Shown: positions 12,564-25,658 of the stretch, one piece after another | Layout: each line of letters opens with the position of its first letter | Numbering within the stretch: the stretch's first letter is position 1 | Source of the DNA: Asterionella formosa | Lineage: Eukaryota | NCBI GenBank assembly: GCA_002256025.1 | Contig: NKIB01013142.1 | Location: 1 to 63,796 of the forward strand | Direction: 5' to 3' | DNA length: 63,796 nt | Program-made: the position numbers and the translations under genes | Notes under the pieces: model-generated | Told to the model about the DNA's origin: nothing | What the model saw: only the letters and a program-made list of their open reading frames with translations | The model's database searches: none

Positions 12564-15500
12564 ATGTCAACCGAAACCATTGTCTTGCAACATGTCTTGC
12601 CCAATGAAATTTTTCTCAATGTCGACGGCGCTGATGGCGCAGATGGCACTTCAGGTGAAGACGGGGAAGATGGAAGGCAGGGATCGGATGGAGAGCATGG
12701 TCGCTCAGCCACCAATCCAACAAATGGAAAGGATGGGGATGATTTGATTTTGACACTGAAGTGTAGAAATCAAGGCGATATGGTTCATGTCCATGCCATT
12801 ACGACCAAGGGAAGTGTCATTTGGGATCAAATTTATCCATTGGATAATTTACCGTCGATCCGGTGGTCCTCTAGAGGAGGGAAGGGCGGAAATGGAGGAG
12901 TTGGTGGATACGGTGGAGACGGAGCTCTAGGTAAAGATGGAATAGACGCGACGAAAGAAACACCTGGAACAAACGCTCAAAATGGTGGTGACGGTAAGTG
13001 ATTGCAGTGCCGAGTTCTTACCTTGTTGCTTCTCTCAAGCTATAATTTGTTGCCATTTTTGTGTCTGTAGTCATGTACTAATCATTTTCAATCGTACCTA
13101 ACCTTGCTATTTTGGTGCAGGTGGCGATGGAGGTGAAGGAACAAATGGAGCAAATGGTGGAAAAGCTGGGAGCATGACAATCATGGTGGAGCCCAAAGAT
13201 GCATTTCTACTCATGGCAGTCGAACCTTGTAAGTTTGACTCCAATGCTCTCAGGGGTGGAGCACCAGGTGAGGCGGGAGAGCACGGCAAGCCTGGAAAGG
13301 GAGCACCTGGAGGTAAAGGAGGGAAACATTTTGTATACGAGGACCCTACCCCTATTTTGGCCAAAAGGGTGCAGAATAAAATCCCAGGAGGGAAAGATGG
13401 GACACATGGGGTGGCCGGGCATGTTCCTACGTGGGACCTGATTTCTGGACGGGAAGGCGCAACAGGAACCTTCAAGATTGTGGTTGCGGGCGACGATGAG
13501 CGTTACGATGGTCGATACCATGTGACTTTCTCTGGATTGGGGTTGCATGGGTGCATGGAAGTCGACGACGCATGTGAGTTTGGCGACGTCATTTCGGTGA
13601 GTCGCATCAAAATAAAAAATACCGGACAAATGCCAATTCCATCGTCACAGTGGATTTCCTTTCAAGTAAAGGACTCGGGAGACCAGAATGTAAACCCAAT
13701 AAGGACGAGCAAGGCATGTATTCCATCAGGTTCATTCTTGGATCCAGGAGAAGAAATGGTGGCGGACGGGGTTCTACAATTCTTTTCCGGCTTCCCAAAT
13801 GACATTGCTAATCCCGATGATTTTGACCCCATAATCCACACTACTTCGTTTTCATTGCAAGCCTTTCAGTGGGGTCCTGTAGATAAAAAGGATCAGACCC
13901 CTTTTAAGTACGAGTATGAGAATTTTCACTCGGGTCCCGGATATCAAATCAAGATGCGATACCCAGTGGAGAACCATTCTGGAATGCTTGGTGTGTCCTC
14001 ACTTTTCCCCTGCGAGGAAACTCTTCTAAAGCTACAAATTGACAATATTGGTGGTGATACTATGGGAGGCTTTAGTTCGATCAGCACATCAAGTAATCGT
14101 CGACTGGCAGTTCGTTTTGTTCTAAATGGCTCGGAGGAATATGATATTCGCAGTGATCAAATTAACTTCAACACAAGGTCAACCGGGATGCAGAATCGCA
14201 AAGTTGACTTAAGTGATCGCGGAAAGATTCTTGATTTACCTGAAGTGCAACCGAACTCGTCATACGATTTCACAGCTCGGATGTCATTCAAGCAGAATGT
14301 CAAGTACTATTCTCGCGCTGCCCTTCAAGTTGAAATTTTAATCAAATCTTTACCACTTCCTCGAGGCATATTGATTGACCATGATATGCCGCAAATGTCT
14401 GTCGTGCAACGTCGAAAATTTGAATTAGTCTGTGAGCCCAAATACGAGTCAGTAGCGAATGCCCGTGTTGTTCTCGTTACTTCATTCGCGACTTCACTTA
14501 AACAGTATGAGGCTTGGTCCGATGAAGTCCTCAAGAAGCCGATGGATCTTCTCTTTGAGACATTTTCTATTTCCAGATACGGGACGCTCGATCCGTCATT
14601 TGTAGTCGAAAACGGGAAGACACTGAAAGAAAATTTCTGTGGGAAACTTGTGATTGTATTAAACGAGAAATACAAGATCGACCAACGCGACGCGACTGGA
14701 ATTCATCCTGTTCAACTGTTTAACCGTGGATGTATGTCACAAAACAGTGGATTTGATTCGACAACTACATGGCTTATCGTCGGTGGAGGAAACGCTACCT
14801 CGAATCGGGATCTTTTGGAAAGTCATTTGGCAAATGAAGTGAGTATTGTTGCTGAGCATGCCGACGTAGCACAGTATCAAAAAGTTCTGCAGCAAGAAGT
14901 GCTTGAGCGGTCGTTGACTGGCCATGGTTCAAGTGGGATTGCATTCCGGGAGGATGTCATCCACATCACTCTCCCTGTTGGAGAAAAAGCTGCAAGGGCT
15001 CCAGAGAAAGCTGCAAAAAAACTTTGCGAGTGGCTTCGCGATACCGACCCCCTTTGTCAGTATACAATTGAGTACGAAGGCAAAAAAGAGGATTCTCCTC
15101 AAAAGGGTCTCCTCTTCAAACGTGCAACTGGCCTCTTGACTGTTAGGCGAGGATTCTGTCGAACGTCTAATTCTGTTGTTGTTGTTAGTGGCATGTACAC
15201 ATTCCAGTGGAAATCTATAACGAGCAAGGGAATGCTGCTATCAATTGCGGAATCTATGACAAGAGAACTGAGAGTGGCATTGCTGTGCGACGCCATTCGC
15301 AAGTCTCTTGCCACTGAAGTTTTGACAGCATTCAAGTATGCGGCAGTGTCCGCGATGGTTCGAGACATGGTGACGTTCGTTGATTGCAACATGAAGTTGA
15401 CAGAGGATCTTGATCTATCATTCCCAGCGGTTGCGGTTTTCTTGGAGAGTGTCGAAGTCCTAAGCCTATTGCGAGACTGTAAAGCGGACAAGGAATTGCA

Positions 15501-16092
15501 CAAGCGGACATCTGAGGAATTTTCCGAGCTTTTTGCTCGTTTCGAGCTTGTTTCGCGTTCGAAGGATCTAAGACCTCGTTTCACGTTAACGGGAAGGACT
15601 CAAAAGAAGACTGCCGTGGAAGCAATGACCGAGATAGTGGATCGCCTTCGCTTGCATTGGAAGACTGTCTTGGACATCAGCTTGGTGGAGATGCACAAAA
15701 AGGAAATTAAAGCTGAAATCAAAGAGTTCCTGAAGGAAGACATTGGCGAGGGGAAGAGTGTCAATGTCCGAGCAGACCAACGATGGATTCAAGGTCTCAA
15801 CTATGTTCACTCTACGGACAACCAGAAGCAATTCGGTGTTTCCAATCAATCAAAGCGTTTGATAGAACTTGACTTCGATGGTGAAGTCGAAAATTTCAAG
15901 ATCCTTCCACCGTCCGTCCGTACCATCTCGTCCGATGACATGCAAAATCTTTTGAGGAACCAAACTCTTAGACAGGAGCTTGGGCGTTCAGTGATCGAGG
16001 ACATTCAGTTGACTCGGAAAAATATGTGCATTGTTTGGGAAGATGACATGGAAGATGTATCTGTTTGGGAAGACGACGAAGAGGAAACCTAG
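12564..16092 (+). CDS. Large protein with N-terminal Gly-X-X (collagen/PGRS-like) repeats and a DUF7932-like body, 1133 aa, 2 exons
   Basis: Exons 12564-12993 and 13121-16092; intron GTAAG..TGCAG joins the 145-aa and 972-aa ORFs in frame. Blocks of GxxGxxG interrupted by beta-strand-like segments. VVLVTSFAT..FSISRYG resembles the fungal family by recall. No signal peptide. Confidence 0.8.
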
Positions 16093-16225
16093 TTTGGCCT
16101 TAGCGAAGAAATAGCTAAGCAGGTTTAGCCAAGTCGAGAAGGCCAATCCCAACCTATAATAGCGTCCCAAAAGGGGCTGTAAAAAGAAGTACCGGTATGC
16201 AAAATCATCGGATAAAATGTTTGGT

Positions 16226-18658
16226 CTAAAAAATGAATTTATTTGTCGCAGGTACATCTTGTCGCTGGTGGGTTCGAAACATTTCTAATTCCGCATCAAC
16301 AAAGTCGTCATCGTCATACTCAAGAGCATCCATGAGCTTAGCCAATGCAATGATACTGCCCGTTTGCTGCAAGTACAGAACAAAATCAATCGGAGGCTGC
16401 TGCTGTTCAGGGTCTTCGTCGCCTTCGTCCTCCAATTCATTACCAATGTCGTCGTCCTTGTCAAGGTCTTTGGTCTGTGCAGCCTTAGTATCACTAGCAT
16501 CTGATCCCGCTGTCGACGACTGGTTCGCACTATCCTTGTTGTTGTTTTCTGAAAATCGGTTGACATCCGGAGCAAACTCTATATGATCATCTTTCGCTTT
16601 TATGGCTTTTTGCTTTTGTTTCTCCTTCTTCTTGGCTTTTTTCGACTTCTTTGACGCTTTTTTCGCTTCATTCTGTTCTTCAGTCGCCGCCCACAATTCT
16701 TCCTGATAGTCCAAATGATAAATCTTACAGTCGCAGCTAGAACAGACATAACATTTGCATTCGTCACAAAACGTAGCATCCGACGTTCGATGCTTCGAAT
16801 ACGATTTGTGACACAGGGCACAGCTAACAAAGTGCTGCTTCCAAATGCGAGTGGCCCGTTTCGTCACGGCACTAGATTGGTGCTTGTCCAATGCCTTTTC
16901 AATCAAGTTGGCCGACACGAGGGCTTCGTCACTTGCTCTTGCTTCTTCCACCTGCAAGACTCGTTCCAAGCCTTCCAACGCCATCATGACCATGCTGGTT
17001 TCGCCTAACAAGACCCCCAACACACTGACACACCCTTCATCGACGAGGACTTCAATTTGTGCATCACTTCCGCATGATGTGGCATTCAATACCACCCAAC
17101 ATGCCTCCGACCTCACTTCTTGATCCGTCGTCTTGTCGGACACTAAAACGACCAATGGCGCAATGGCTCCAGAATCAATTACTGCTTGAATTTGATCTAC
17201 CGTTCCAGCAGCTATATTCGATAATGTCCAACACGCTTCCTTTTGAATTTCTCGATTGCTATGAGTAACCAATTCCTTTAATTTCGGAACGGCATGACAA
17301 TCCAATATAATTTCCGTATAATCTGTGGATGATTCTTCCGAGCATTCTGCACAAACAATGTTGCCAATAGTCCGTAGAGCCGGTTTCGTGACACGCCAAC
17401 TGGCATGTCCCAACAATTCCACTAATCGAGGGACCAATCCACCTCTAGGAGAAGATGACGATTTGGAAGTGGTAACTGCGGATATATGAGACGACGGACC
17501 ATCGCACAAATGAGAGAGCGTCCAACATGTATAGGACAAAACTTCAGCATCCGTCATAAAGAGCAATCGTCGTAAGCATGGCAACAAAGTGTCCATTTCA
17601 ATTTCATCTGATGAACTATAATCCGAAGATATGTGATGTGAGGTTGACGTATGACTGCTGCCGTTGTTGCTATTATTCGTCAATGACGAATTTGCTTTGG
17701 TATTCCCTCCGTGCGAGGATGATGACGATGGTTGTTGCTGTTGAAAGATCCCCTCCACCAAATGTGATAAACACCACGATCCGATTCTCTGCAAACTCAA
17801 TTGTGATTTGTGCACTTCCATACATCGCAACAATGGATTCATAATCCCAGCCGCTAAAATAACATCTCGTGCCGCGACAGCTTTGTTGATAGTGGATGTA
17901 GTTGAAGCGTCAGCACTTGTGTTGCTTCCTGAGTCTCCCGCCGCAATACTCCCCAATATCCACAAGGATTGTTCATAAACGTCTGGATGTGACAAGAGTG
18001 ATATGAGTGTGGGAATGGCATCGGCATGCCGGAGTAAAAAGTGCTGAGAGGCTGGTGACAACTGTGCAGGAAAGGACGCTGTTGTGGGAGGTGGGAGGAA
18101 AGGCGACGAGGATGAAACTGTATTAGGACTAGCAGTAGTTGCCTGACTGTTGTTGCTGCCCGCGTGAATGTGGGAGGTAAGGCTTGCATCCAACGAAGCC
18201 ATTGAATCCGGTGAAATGACTTGACTGAAGGAAAGCGGCGGAAACGGGAATTCGTGCATGGCATTGTTTGCCCCGAACTCTTTCATGGCACTGTTGGCTC
18301 CGAACATGGAGGAGGGCTGAGTAGAGCAAAGCTCCGCCATGTAGGTCAGACACAAGAGCGCTTCGACTTGGACGGCTGGTCGATCATGCAGGTTCAGCCA
18401 TGACAACAACACGGGTACCCAGCGACCTTGCTGAACTTGAAGGAGGAGCATGGGGTTGGTCGGTAGCAGCTGCCGCAACGTTCTCGCCGTGGCGAGTTGC
18501 ATGGCTGCCACATCGGACGATACCACATTTGTATGACTCAGGACCGCTTCCAGTTCCTTCGCCAGTCGCTTCGCGCTGTCGTCCGCTGATTCGGGTGGAT
18601 TCGCTGTTGCCTTGCTGTAGTTATGATTGTGATTGTACATGTTGCTGAAATTTGACAT
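16226..18658 (-). CDS. Importin-alpha-like ARM repeat protein with a C-terminal Cys-rich module and basic cluster, 810 aa
   Basis: Importin-alpha ARM signatures WILGSIA, CWTLSHLCDG, PALRTIGNIV, IQKEACWTLSNIAAG and EACWVVLNATS. No N-terminal IBB domain recognisable. Single long ORF. Confidence 0.9.
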   Translation of the reverse strand: MSNFSNMYNHNHNYSKATANPPESADDSAKRLAKELEAVLSHTNVVSSDVAAMQLATARTLRQLLPTNPMLLLQVQQGRWVPVLLSWLNLHDRPAVQVEALLCLTYMAELCSTQPSSMFGANSAMKEFGANNAMHEFPFPPLSFSQVISPDSMASLDASLTSHIHAGSNNSQATTASPNTVSSSSPFLPPPTTASFPAQLSPASQHFLLRHADAIPTLISLLSHPDVYEQSLWILGSIAAGDSGSNTSADASTTSTINKAVAARDVILAAGIMNPLLRCMEVHKSQLSLQRIGSWCLSHLVEGIFQQQQPSSSSSHGGNTKANSSLTNNSNNGSSHTSTSHHISSDYSSSDEIEMDTLLPCLRRLLFMTDAEVLSYTCWTLSHLCDGPSSHISAVTTSKSSSSPRGGLVPRLVELLGHASWRVTKPALRTIGNIVCAECSEESSTDYTEIILDCHAVPKLKELVTHSNREIQKEACWTLSNIAAGTVDQIQAVIDSGAIAPLVVLVSDKTTDQEVRSEACWVVLNATSCGSDAQIEVLVDEGCVSVLGVLLGETSMVMMALEGLERVLQVEEARASDEALVSANLIEKALDKHQSSAVTKRATRIWKQHFVSCALCHKSYSKHRTSDATFCDECKCYVCSSCDCKIYHLDYQEELWAATEEQNEAKKASKKSKKAKKKEKQKQKAIKAKDDHIEFAPDVNRFSENNNKDSANQSSTAGSDASDTKAAQTKDLDKDDDIGNELEDEGDEDPEQQQPPIDFVLYLQQTGSIIALAKLMDALEYDDDDFVDAELEMFRTHQRQDVPATNKFIF

Positions 18659-19376
18659 TCTGTTTGCGTGCGAATTGTAGAGTACCGGTAAACTGATACG
18701 GATCAGATACAGATCAGATCAGATTTAGTGCTGATGCTGATGCTTCCTTGCTTGCTTGCTCGTAAAGCAGAGGACTGTTCTAGTGACTGTTGCTCAAAAG
18801 CGGAACTGCTATAGTATGCATGCAAGTAGAGTACTGGTGGTATGGTAGACTACTATATGGCTGTGATAGCTTGTTGATCGAATGGTGCAATTTTAGGATT
18901 GTTGTGTATCCCATCACCATCGTGGCCTGGTACTGGTAGCTGATCTGATCATTTATGTATGTCTACGAACAATATGAGCGTATGCTGCTATGATTCATAC
19001 CACGACATGGCCATTTTTGTTCTCGCTCTGTTTACAATTGATTTACATAACTATAGTTTATTTTAATATTAATACATGAATATATTTATGATTTGTTTAC
19101 CGGTATTCATTACTTGATAATATTATGTACCGGAAGACCATGCATCCCTCCAGCCACTGGTAATTTACTGGTGGCTTGTCTGGATTCTGATCCAGGCCAG
19201 GCAGTATTGATTATGGTGAGATGAGGCAACGGGCACGCCGCACTCTTTGATAATCAATACTGTAACAAAAATTGAATAATTTAGCAACCACAATTTTCCA
19301 GGAGAGCGATAATAACCGTCATTCCTCACCGGACCGGACCGGACCTTTCTGCACCTGGTAACCAGGGACTCCAGCA

Positions 19377-19438
19377 CCAGGGTACCTGGTACCAGGTACC
19401 AGGTACCTACCGGTAATATATATAGTACCAGGTACCAT
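19377..19438. repeat. GGTACC / TACC(A/T)GG motif cluster in the divergent importin/CSN2 spacer
   Basis: ACCAGGGTACCTGGTACCAGGTACCAGGTACCTACCGGTA..TAGTACCAGGTACCAT. Confidence 0.85.
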
Positions 19439-19625
19439 ACATACCACGACCACCTAAATTTACAATGCTTGCTGTTCAGGAGTCGTTCTTTGGAAGTGCC
19501 CCATCAGCGCCAGCAGGATCTGAATCCACCAGCGGTTTGAACATGCTGTGAAACGCTAGTAAGGAGCATCTTTAAAGAAGAAAGCGCTTGATCAACAAAT
19601 GGAACGAACTCTGTTGGATCTATGT

Positions 19626-19657
19626 TGCTAGATGCTAGATGCTAGATGCTAGATGCT
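19626..19657. repeat. Heptamer microsatellite (TGCTAGA)4 upstream of CSN2
   Basis: TGCTAGATGCTAGATGCTAGATGCTAGATGCT. A second heptamer run, (CTATTAG)3, lies in intron 1 at ~19824-19847. Confidence 0.85.
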
Positions 19658-19726
19658 TCCAAAGGGATTTACCATACACTAGTATAATACAATACAACAC
19701 AACGCATCATTTATTATCCATCCAAC

Positions 19727-21374
19727 ATGTCAGATGATGAATATGAATACGATTATGATGATCAGGTACGTGTTCCTGTTTCTGCTAATTAATTTGATCA
19801 TGGGGCCATGACTTGACAAACTACTATTAGCTATTAGCTATTAGCTACAACTCCTGCTTTAGTGTATTTGTTATACTCTGATGAATGTCATCTCATGGTT
19901 GTATGTTTAATATACACATCCAAATATGACCACAACAACAACAACACACGACAGGACGAAGAAATGCAAGACACCTTTGAATACACAGACGAAGAAGAAG
20001 AACAAGACGATGGTCAAGTGGCACTGGAAAATGCGTATTACAATGCCAAGGGCCTCCGCGATTCAAGTGTAGAAAAGGCCGTTCAGGCATTTGAAGAATT
20101 GTTGACTAAGGAACAACACAATCCAACCCTGTGGTCCTTCAAGGCATTGAAACAACTTGTCAAACTACATATTAGACACGCTCACAAGGAACGGTACCTT
20201 AGGGACTATCAACGCCTATTAGCAGTTGTGGCGAAAGGAGAGATACCTCCCAATGCCATGGAAAAAGGGATGCATACCATGTTGGATAGGTTGCCATCGG
20301 AGGGGGCGGTCTATGATGCGACCATTACTTGCTTCCATCCAACGACGGGGGCGTGTCCCAACGAACGACTGTGGTTCAAAACAACGCTCAAATATGGACA
20401 ATTGTGTATGGAGTTGAATCAACTTGCCAAGTTGCAAGTTGTCTTGAGAGACTTGTCCAAATTGGGAAGTAGTGGGAGTCATCAGATGGAAATTTATGCC
20501 CTAGAAATGCAATTGGCAACACATCAAAAGGATTTAAAACAAGTTAGAAAAACGTTTGAAAAAGCAATGGCAGTGAGAGGGGGGATTCCACATCCACGAA
20601 CATTGGCACTCATTCAAGAGTTGGGAGGGAAAATGTTCATGGCCAGCAAGGAATACGAATCTGCCAGTACTACCTTCTTTCAAGCATTTAAATCTTACGA
20701 TGAAGCCGGAGACCCCTCCAGACTGAAATGTCTCAAGTACTTGGTCATGGCAAGCATGTTGCACGCCAGTACCATCAACCCGTTTGATTCACAAGAAGCC
20801 AGGCCTTGTAAGTTACACACACTCAACATCCATGTGCAACTTGAATTATTCCCACACGTTGTTTCTCACCTTTTTCTATTTACAAAATACTTTAAACTTA
20901 GACAAGGATGCTCCAGAAATTGTTGCCATGACGAGCCTCGTTTCTGCCTTTCACAATAATGAAATTCAACAATTTGAATTAACATTGAAACGAAATCATG
21001 ACACGCTCATGGGTGATGACTTTTGTCGAGAACATATGCAAGATTTGTTACGAACCATTCGTCGTCAAGTTTTGACCAGTGTCATTCGACCATACACACG
21101 AATTTCTCTCGCGGCACTGGCAGAGGAATTGAATGGAATCTCAATTGTAGATGTGGAACAATTGTTGATTGGTTTAATTTTAGATGGAACATTGCAGGGA
21201 GACATTGATCAAGTGGAAGGAGTCTTGTACAAAACAACGACTGCCACGACGGAGATAGTAGACAACAATGATGAGTTGCTACAAGAATTGGTAGAGTCCT
21301 TGGAAGCGCTGTCAACGACAGTTACATCGGTCAAATTTAAGGGTGCGAAGAGTCAGGGTATGAGCGTACATTAG
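19727..21374 (+). CDS. CSN2: COP9 signalosome subunit 2, 454 aa, 3 exons
   Basis: Exons 19727-19765, 19955-20807 and 20902-21374 with GT-AG introns. Motifs LENAYYNAK, WSFKALKQLVKL, NERLWFKT, EIYALEMQ, IPHPR, FFQAFKSYDEAG, CLKYLVMASML, INPFDSQEARPYKDAPEI (restored by splicing) and a PCI domain (IRPYTRI). Confidence 0.96.
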
Positions 21375-22057
21375 ATGATCACATACATGCAGCATACATG
21401 GTACAATGCATGTCAATGCCAAGTACAGGCTCACGGGAATGCCAAGGATGATGAGACGAGCAACACTTTGGATAGAAGTATGTGCCTTTGTGTCTATCAG
21501 TAGCACCAGTGTAAGGGCACTCTTAAATTAGGATGGTAACATGCATCTATACATGCAGTCGCAGCCATTGATAAATACAGACACATTGTTTAGAGTTTAT
21601 ATACAGCATTTGGATATGAAGGTACACAAGACCACATATCATCAAAAGCAAAATCCCAACAGCAGCAATTTAGCAGTAATTTAGGTACTTCCATGTCCTC
21701 ATTACTCCAAAAAGGCAGAAGTATTCAAATTCTGGCAGGTGCCTGTTCGAATCCAGACCAAATTTCGCACAAGCAATTGAAATTGCATTCAGAATGCTGA
21801 GTTTACGGACTTTCTTTTCACCACTTTGTGCTCGAATCTACTAGGCCATTTCGAAGCAGAAACCAAGTTGAGCAAACAACCAGAAGCGCCAGGCGTTCGT
21901 GATGCAATATCTCAATGTTTTCAATCCATGTTTGGGGCATTCTGTCCTCCCGATGGACCATATTCCTCATTGGGGATGTAGCTGCAAAAAGTCGGCGAAA
22001 TAAGAGATGTCGATAATCATGACACGTACAAACGTGATCTAAAAGTAAAGCCCCAAT

Positions 22058-24967
22058 CTAACTATACACAACCTTTTGCATCAAAGAAGTCGATTCCTCC
22101 AATTCTTGTTGGAGCTGCAACCATTCTTCTTGTGAGACCTGCATACCACTCAAAACCCGGCCATATATTCTCGATACATCTGTCGACAAAACTGCGATAG
22201 CTGCAATTAATTCAGAAGGGGGGGAACACCCTTCTTCAATCACCAACGGGGTTCGGTCTGTTGAATTCGAATTTACTGAATGCCTTGAGATACTAGAATT
22301 CTTGACAGGCGCGGCAACAAATGAACGCCTGCCCTCTCGTTTCGACCGCATGGTCGTTGTACCCAGAGCCTCCGCTCTGTCATACGCTATTTGCTCATTT
22401 TCAGTAGTACTATCGTTGAGTCCAATAGAATAATTGGCCCTTCCTTCCACCGGCCCTTCTTTCCAACAGGACAGCTCCGAAATTGTTTCATTTCGTTTCA
22501 CTCCTTCCGCCATTCCATTATTTCGATTACCTTCGACTAGTTGCTCATCACCCTCAGTTTTTTCCTCGCGACCATTGATGGACGTCGTCATTTTGCGGTT
22601 AGCCATGTCTAACAGAACTGAATCTTCCTCTTGTCTTTTCACCTTGTCGTGCTTCTTCTTCCGATGTTCAGACATGATTTTGCTTACAATAATCTTTTCG
22701 CCACTCCAAATTAGTCTCAGTTTAGGAAGTATGAGACGAACCATCATGTTCAAATTGAAATTAAGGAAGATGATGACATGCATCAAAAATGGTACGTCGG
22801 GAGGGTTTTCCGGGCTGTTACTTACAATAACGACAGCAAATGAAAAAGTTGATACAAAGAGTGTAGTGATTAAACCGGCAATGACCGACGACGCCTCGTT
22901 GAACAAAGAAGGTAACTTGGACGAAATCCTGCCTTGCCACATGCAAGCAAACATTGCGCAAAAGGCAACAGCTGCTCCCACGAATGTGAAATACTGATCT
23001 GAAGCAGTTCCACATTCATAACGACCAATGGACTGTGAACTATTCAGATCAATCCACAGGTCAGGAGAGAACAGGACAAGACCAATGATCTGGACAATCA
23101 CTTGTGGCATGGTAACAGCTACAATTGAGATCCAAAGCTGGATCACGGAAAAATTCTTCTTCAGTTTTCGAACCTTGGTTTTGGTAAATTTGCGCTTGAA
23201 AAGTGTTTTGCCATGGCCACCCTCCGAGCTGCCATGTGATGGTGGTTGGCTGGCACTTGCCTGGTCGCAACTTGAGGTGGATGATCTGCTCCATTGTGCA
23301 GCAATCCATTGGCGCACATTTGCCTTCCTCTCTTTCTTCGTTTTGACAGTACTCCAGTTCATTAAAGATCCCATAATTGTGTTGATTCGCAACAAGCGAC
23401 TGAACACAATTGCGAGGACGAACTGTGTAGGGATTAACGTCATTGGATATTGTAGGATACAATACGTCTCCGAGGATGGCGAGAATAGGGCAGCGCTGGG
23501 AGTGGAAATGAGTGACGCACACTGAGCAATGATTAAGAAGCGTCCTTGAGACAGTTTCATAATTGGGTTGTCCCGGTGGACAATCGATAAGCCAAGTAGT
23601 AAAAGTTGTATCATCCCTGTCAGACCAATAAGAACATATGCAATGATTTCCGACGCTGATTGAACCTCTCGGATCTCAGGAGGCGGCTCAAATTCTAATG
23701 CTGCATGTTGAAGAACATTTGCCATATCAAATTTGAGCTGGACATCACTATTGTTCGCGAGAAAGAAGAGCAGAGAGGCTGTATCAACGTTGACATGGGA
23801 TTTGAATTAGACACACGAACAATTTGTATGGCGATAGCACAGCACTCGTTCCCCACTTACCAAGGGGAATATATGTTCCAGGCACGTGGACTGTTACGTG
23901 ATTGTCGACGTGTATTACGAACTTTGTTTGTGTTGGGTCCGTCGTCACCAAGTAGACCGATGAAGAAAGATTCTTATGATCTTCAATGTCAGTGTTATCC
24001 TTCTCCCGATGAGCGATCATGCCATCAACGACGATATCGTCATCAATTGAATTTTCCGTGATTGTGTATTCGTAATGATCTAGGTTGCTTTCTTCCTGAT
24101 CATTTATGGCAAGCCCTCGTAACCGTAGCCGCCTTCGGTTTCCACCAGTATTTCCGCTTCCATTGTTCTCTGCCGAGTTCTGATTCACCCCCCTTTCCAT
24201 TTTACGTTTTTCGAAGATATTAGCCATTGACTCCTGTGCTGATTTCTTCCTATTGGAATGATCTACAATCAAAGTCCGATTGACCCCCAGGGTGCTTGAT
24301 GTTGAATTCGAACCCGAAGAATTCATGCTCTGTTGAACACTTTTCAAAATATCATACGTAAACGGCGTGCAAAACGTCCCGTCAGTTGGACAGAACGATA
24401 TTGTTGCTTCTATTCCCATACTTCCATCTTCCGAGAAGAAGTACGCATCCGCTGCAAGCCCGAAGTGCTCCCGAATTTGGTCAAGATCGATCGTTGCCGT
24501 AATCAAGTAATGATAGCTCTGACCGGCCCGAAGAATGTCCCCATTCACGTATGCTGCTGGAGGATCGACCCGCAAATCGGTTCCATTTGGGCAAGCGTAT
24601 AGCCTCGTCATTGCACCCGCTAGGAAATCCGGAACCAGCCCGTTACTGAATGTCATGCCCTCCGCATTCGATGACGAGGAATTGGTAAGCGTTTCGTTCT
24701 GATAAGGACGAGCCGACCAACAGATAGGCTCCGCGCCAGCGGTGTTGTCATAGCCATCCGCAGTATATGAGCCACCCTCATCAATTGGTTTATCAACTAG
24801 TCCATGAACCTGGACGGCCAGAGGGGCTAATACTAGTAACGACACCACCAACAAAAAGTCATGGAGGGCCGATTCACGTCTTGGAATCCCCCGACGCTTG
24901 CGGGGACACTCGAATCGGTGAAGCTTATCGTTCTTATTTTTATTGTTCTTGTGGTTGTGGGTGATAA

Positions 24968-24998
<31 letters not shown>

Positions 24999-25019
24999 AC
25001 GTTTATATGTGGTGTCCAT
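22058..25019 (-). CDS. Class C (GABA-B/7tm_3-like) G-protein-coupled receptor, ~959 aa, 2 exons
   Basis: Exons 25019-23861 and 23778-22058; intron GTAAG..TACAG is in frame. Seven hydrophobic helices with HRDNPIMKLSQGRFL, C before TM3, RLLRI, YECG, KLPSLFNEAS and LILPKL. Long extracellular N-terminus with a hydrophobic signal-like segment. Start codon uncertain. Confidence 0.88.
24969..24998. repeat. (CTG)n microsatellite encoding poly-Ser in the GPCR N-terminus
   Basis: About 10 CTG/AGC units. Confidence 0.9.
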
Positions 25020-25658
25020 TGTTGTTGAAGAGGAGATGGGAGAGTAAGAAGACACAGAGTGCAAATCATCCAGAAAAAAAAGCTATGGAAAATTCATTGT
25101 ATCAGCTAAATTATGATGTGAAGCATGGAATGTATATACCGGTAATAGCAAAGCAAATGAGCGACAAGCAAATATAGATTTACCAAATCAAAGAAGGTGG
25201 TGATCGTTCATGTAGAATCGAAACTACCTGGTACAAAGTATGAAGAATGACTTCACAGTAATGCCTGCTGGGAGTTGACCTAAGAACTCCGAAGAACGAA
25301 CAGAAACGTAGAAAAAATCCTATATATTTAACTAAAATCGTTTTCTAGATCGAACGAAAACGAACGTGAGGTTCGCAAAGAACATGAAATTCCGCAGAAG
25401 GCGGAGCATAAACAAACAGTATATCCGGGTTTCTTGTTCTCTCACTGTTTTTTTGCTCGTCTCCGGATTCGGGCATTCCTTTCATTCGTCACCGGGTCTT
25501 AGTATGGCAGATGGCAATTTATGGGGTCACCAGGTAAATCGTGTCAGCCGTTTTTGTATATTAGATTTGCACCATAAATCCTTGGTAAAATCACCTTTAC
25601 CATGTGAGCATTATTCAGTTTCTTTATTCAACAACAGATCAACCTCTTATGCCACTGG

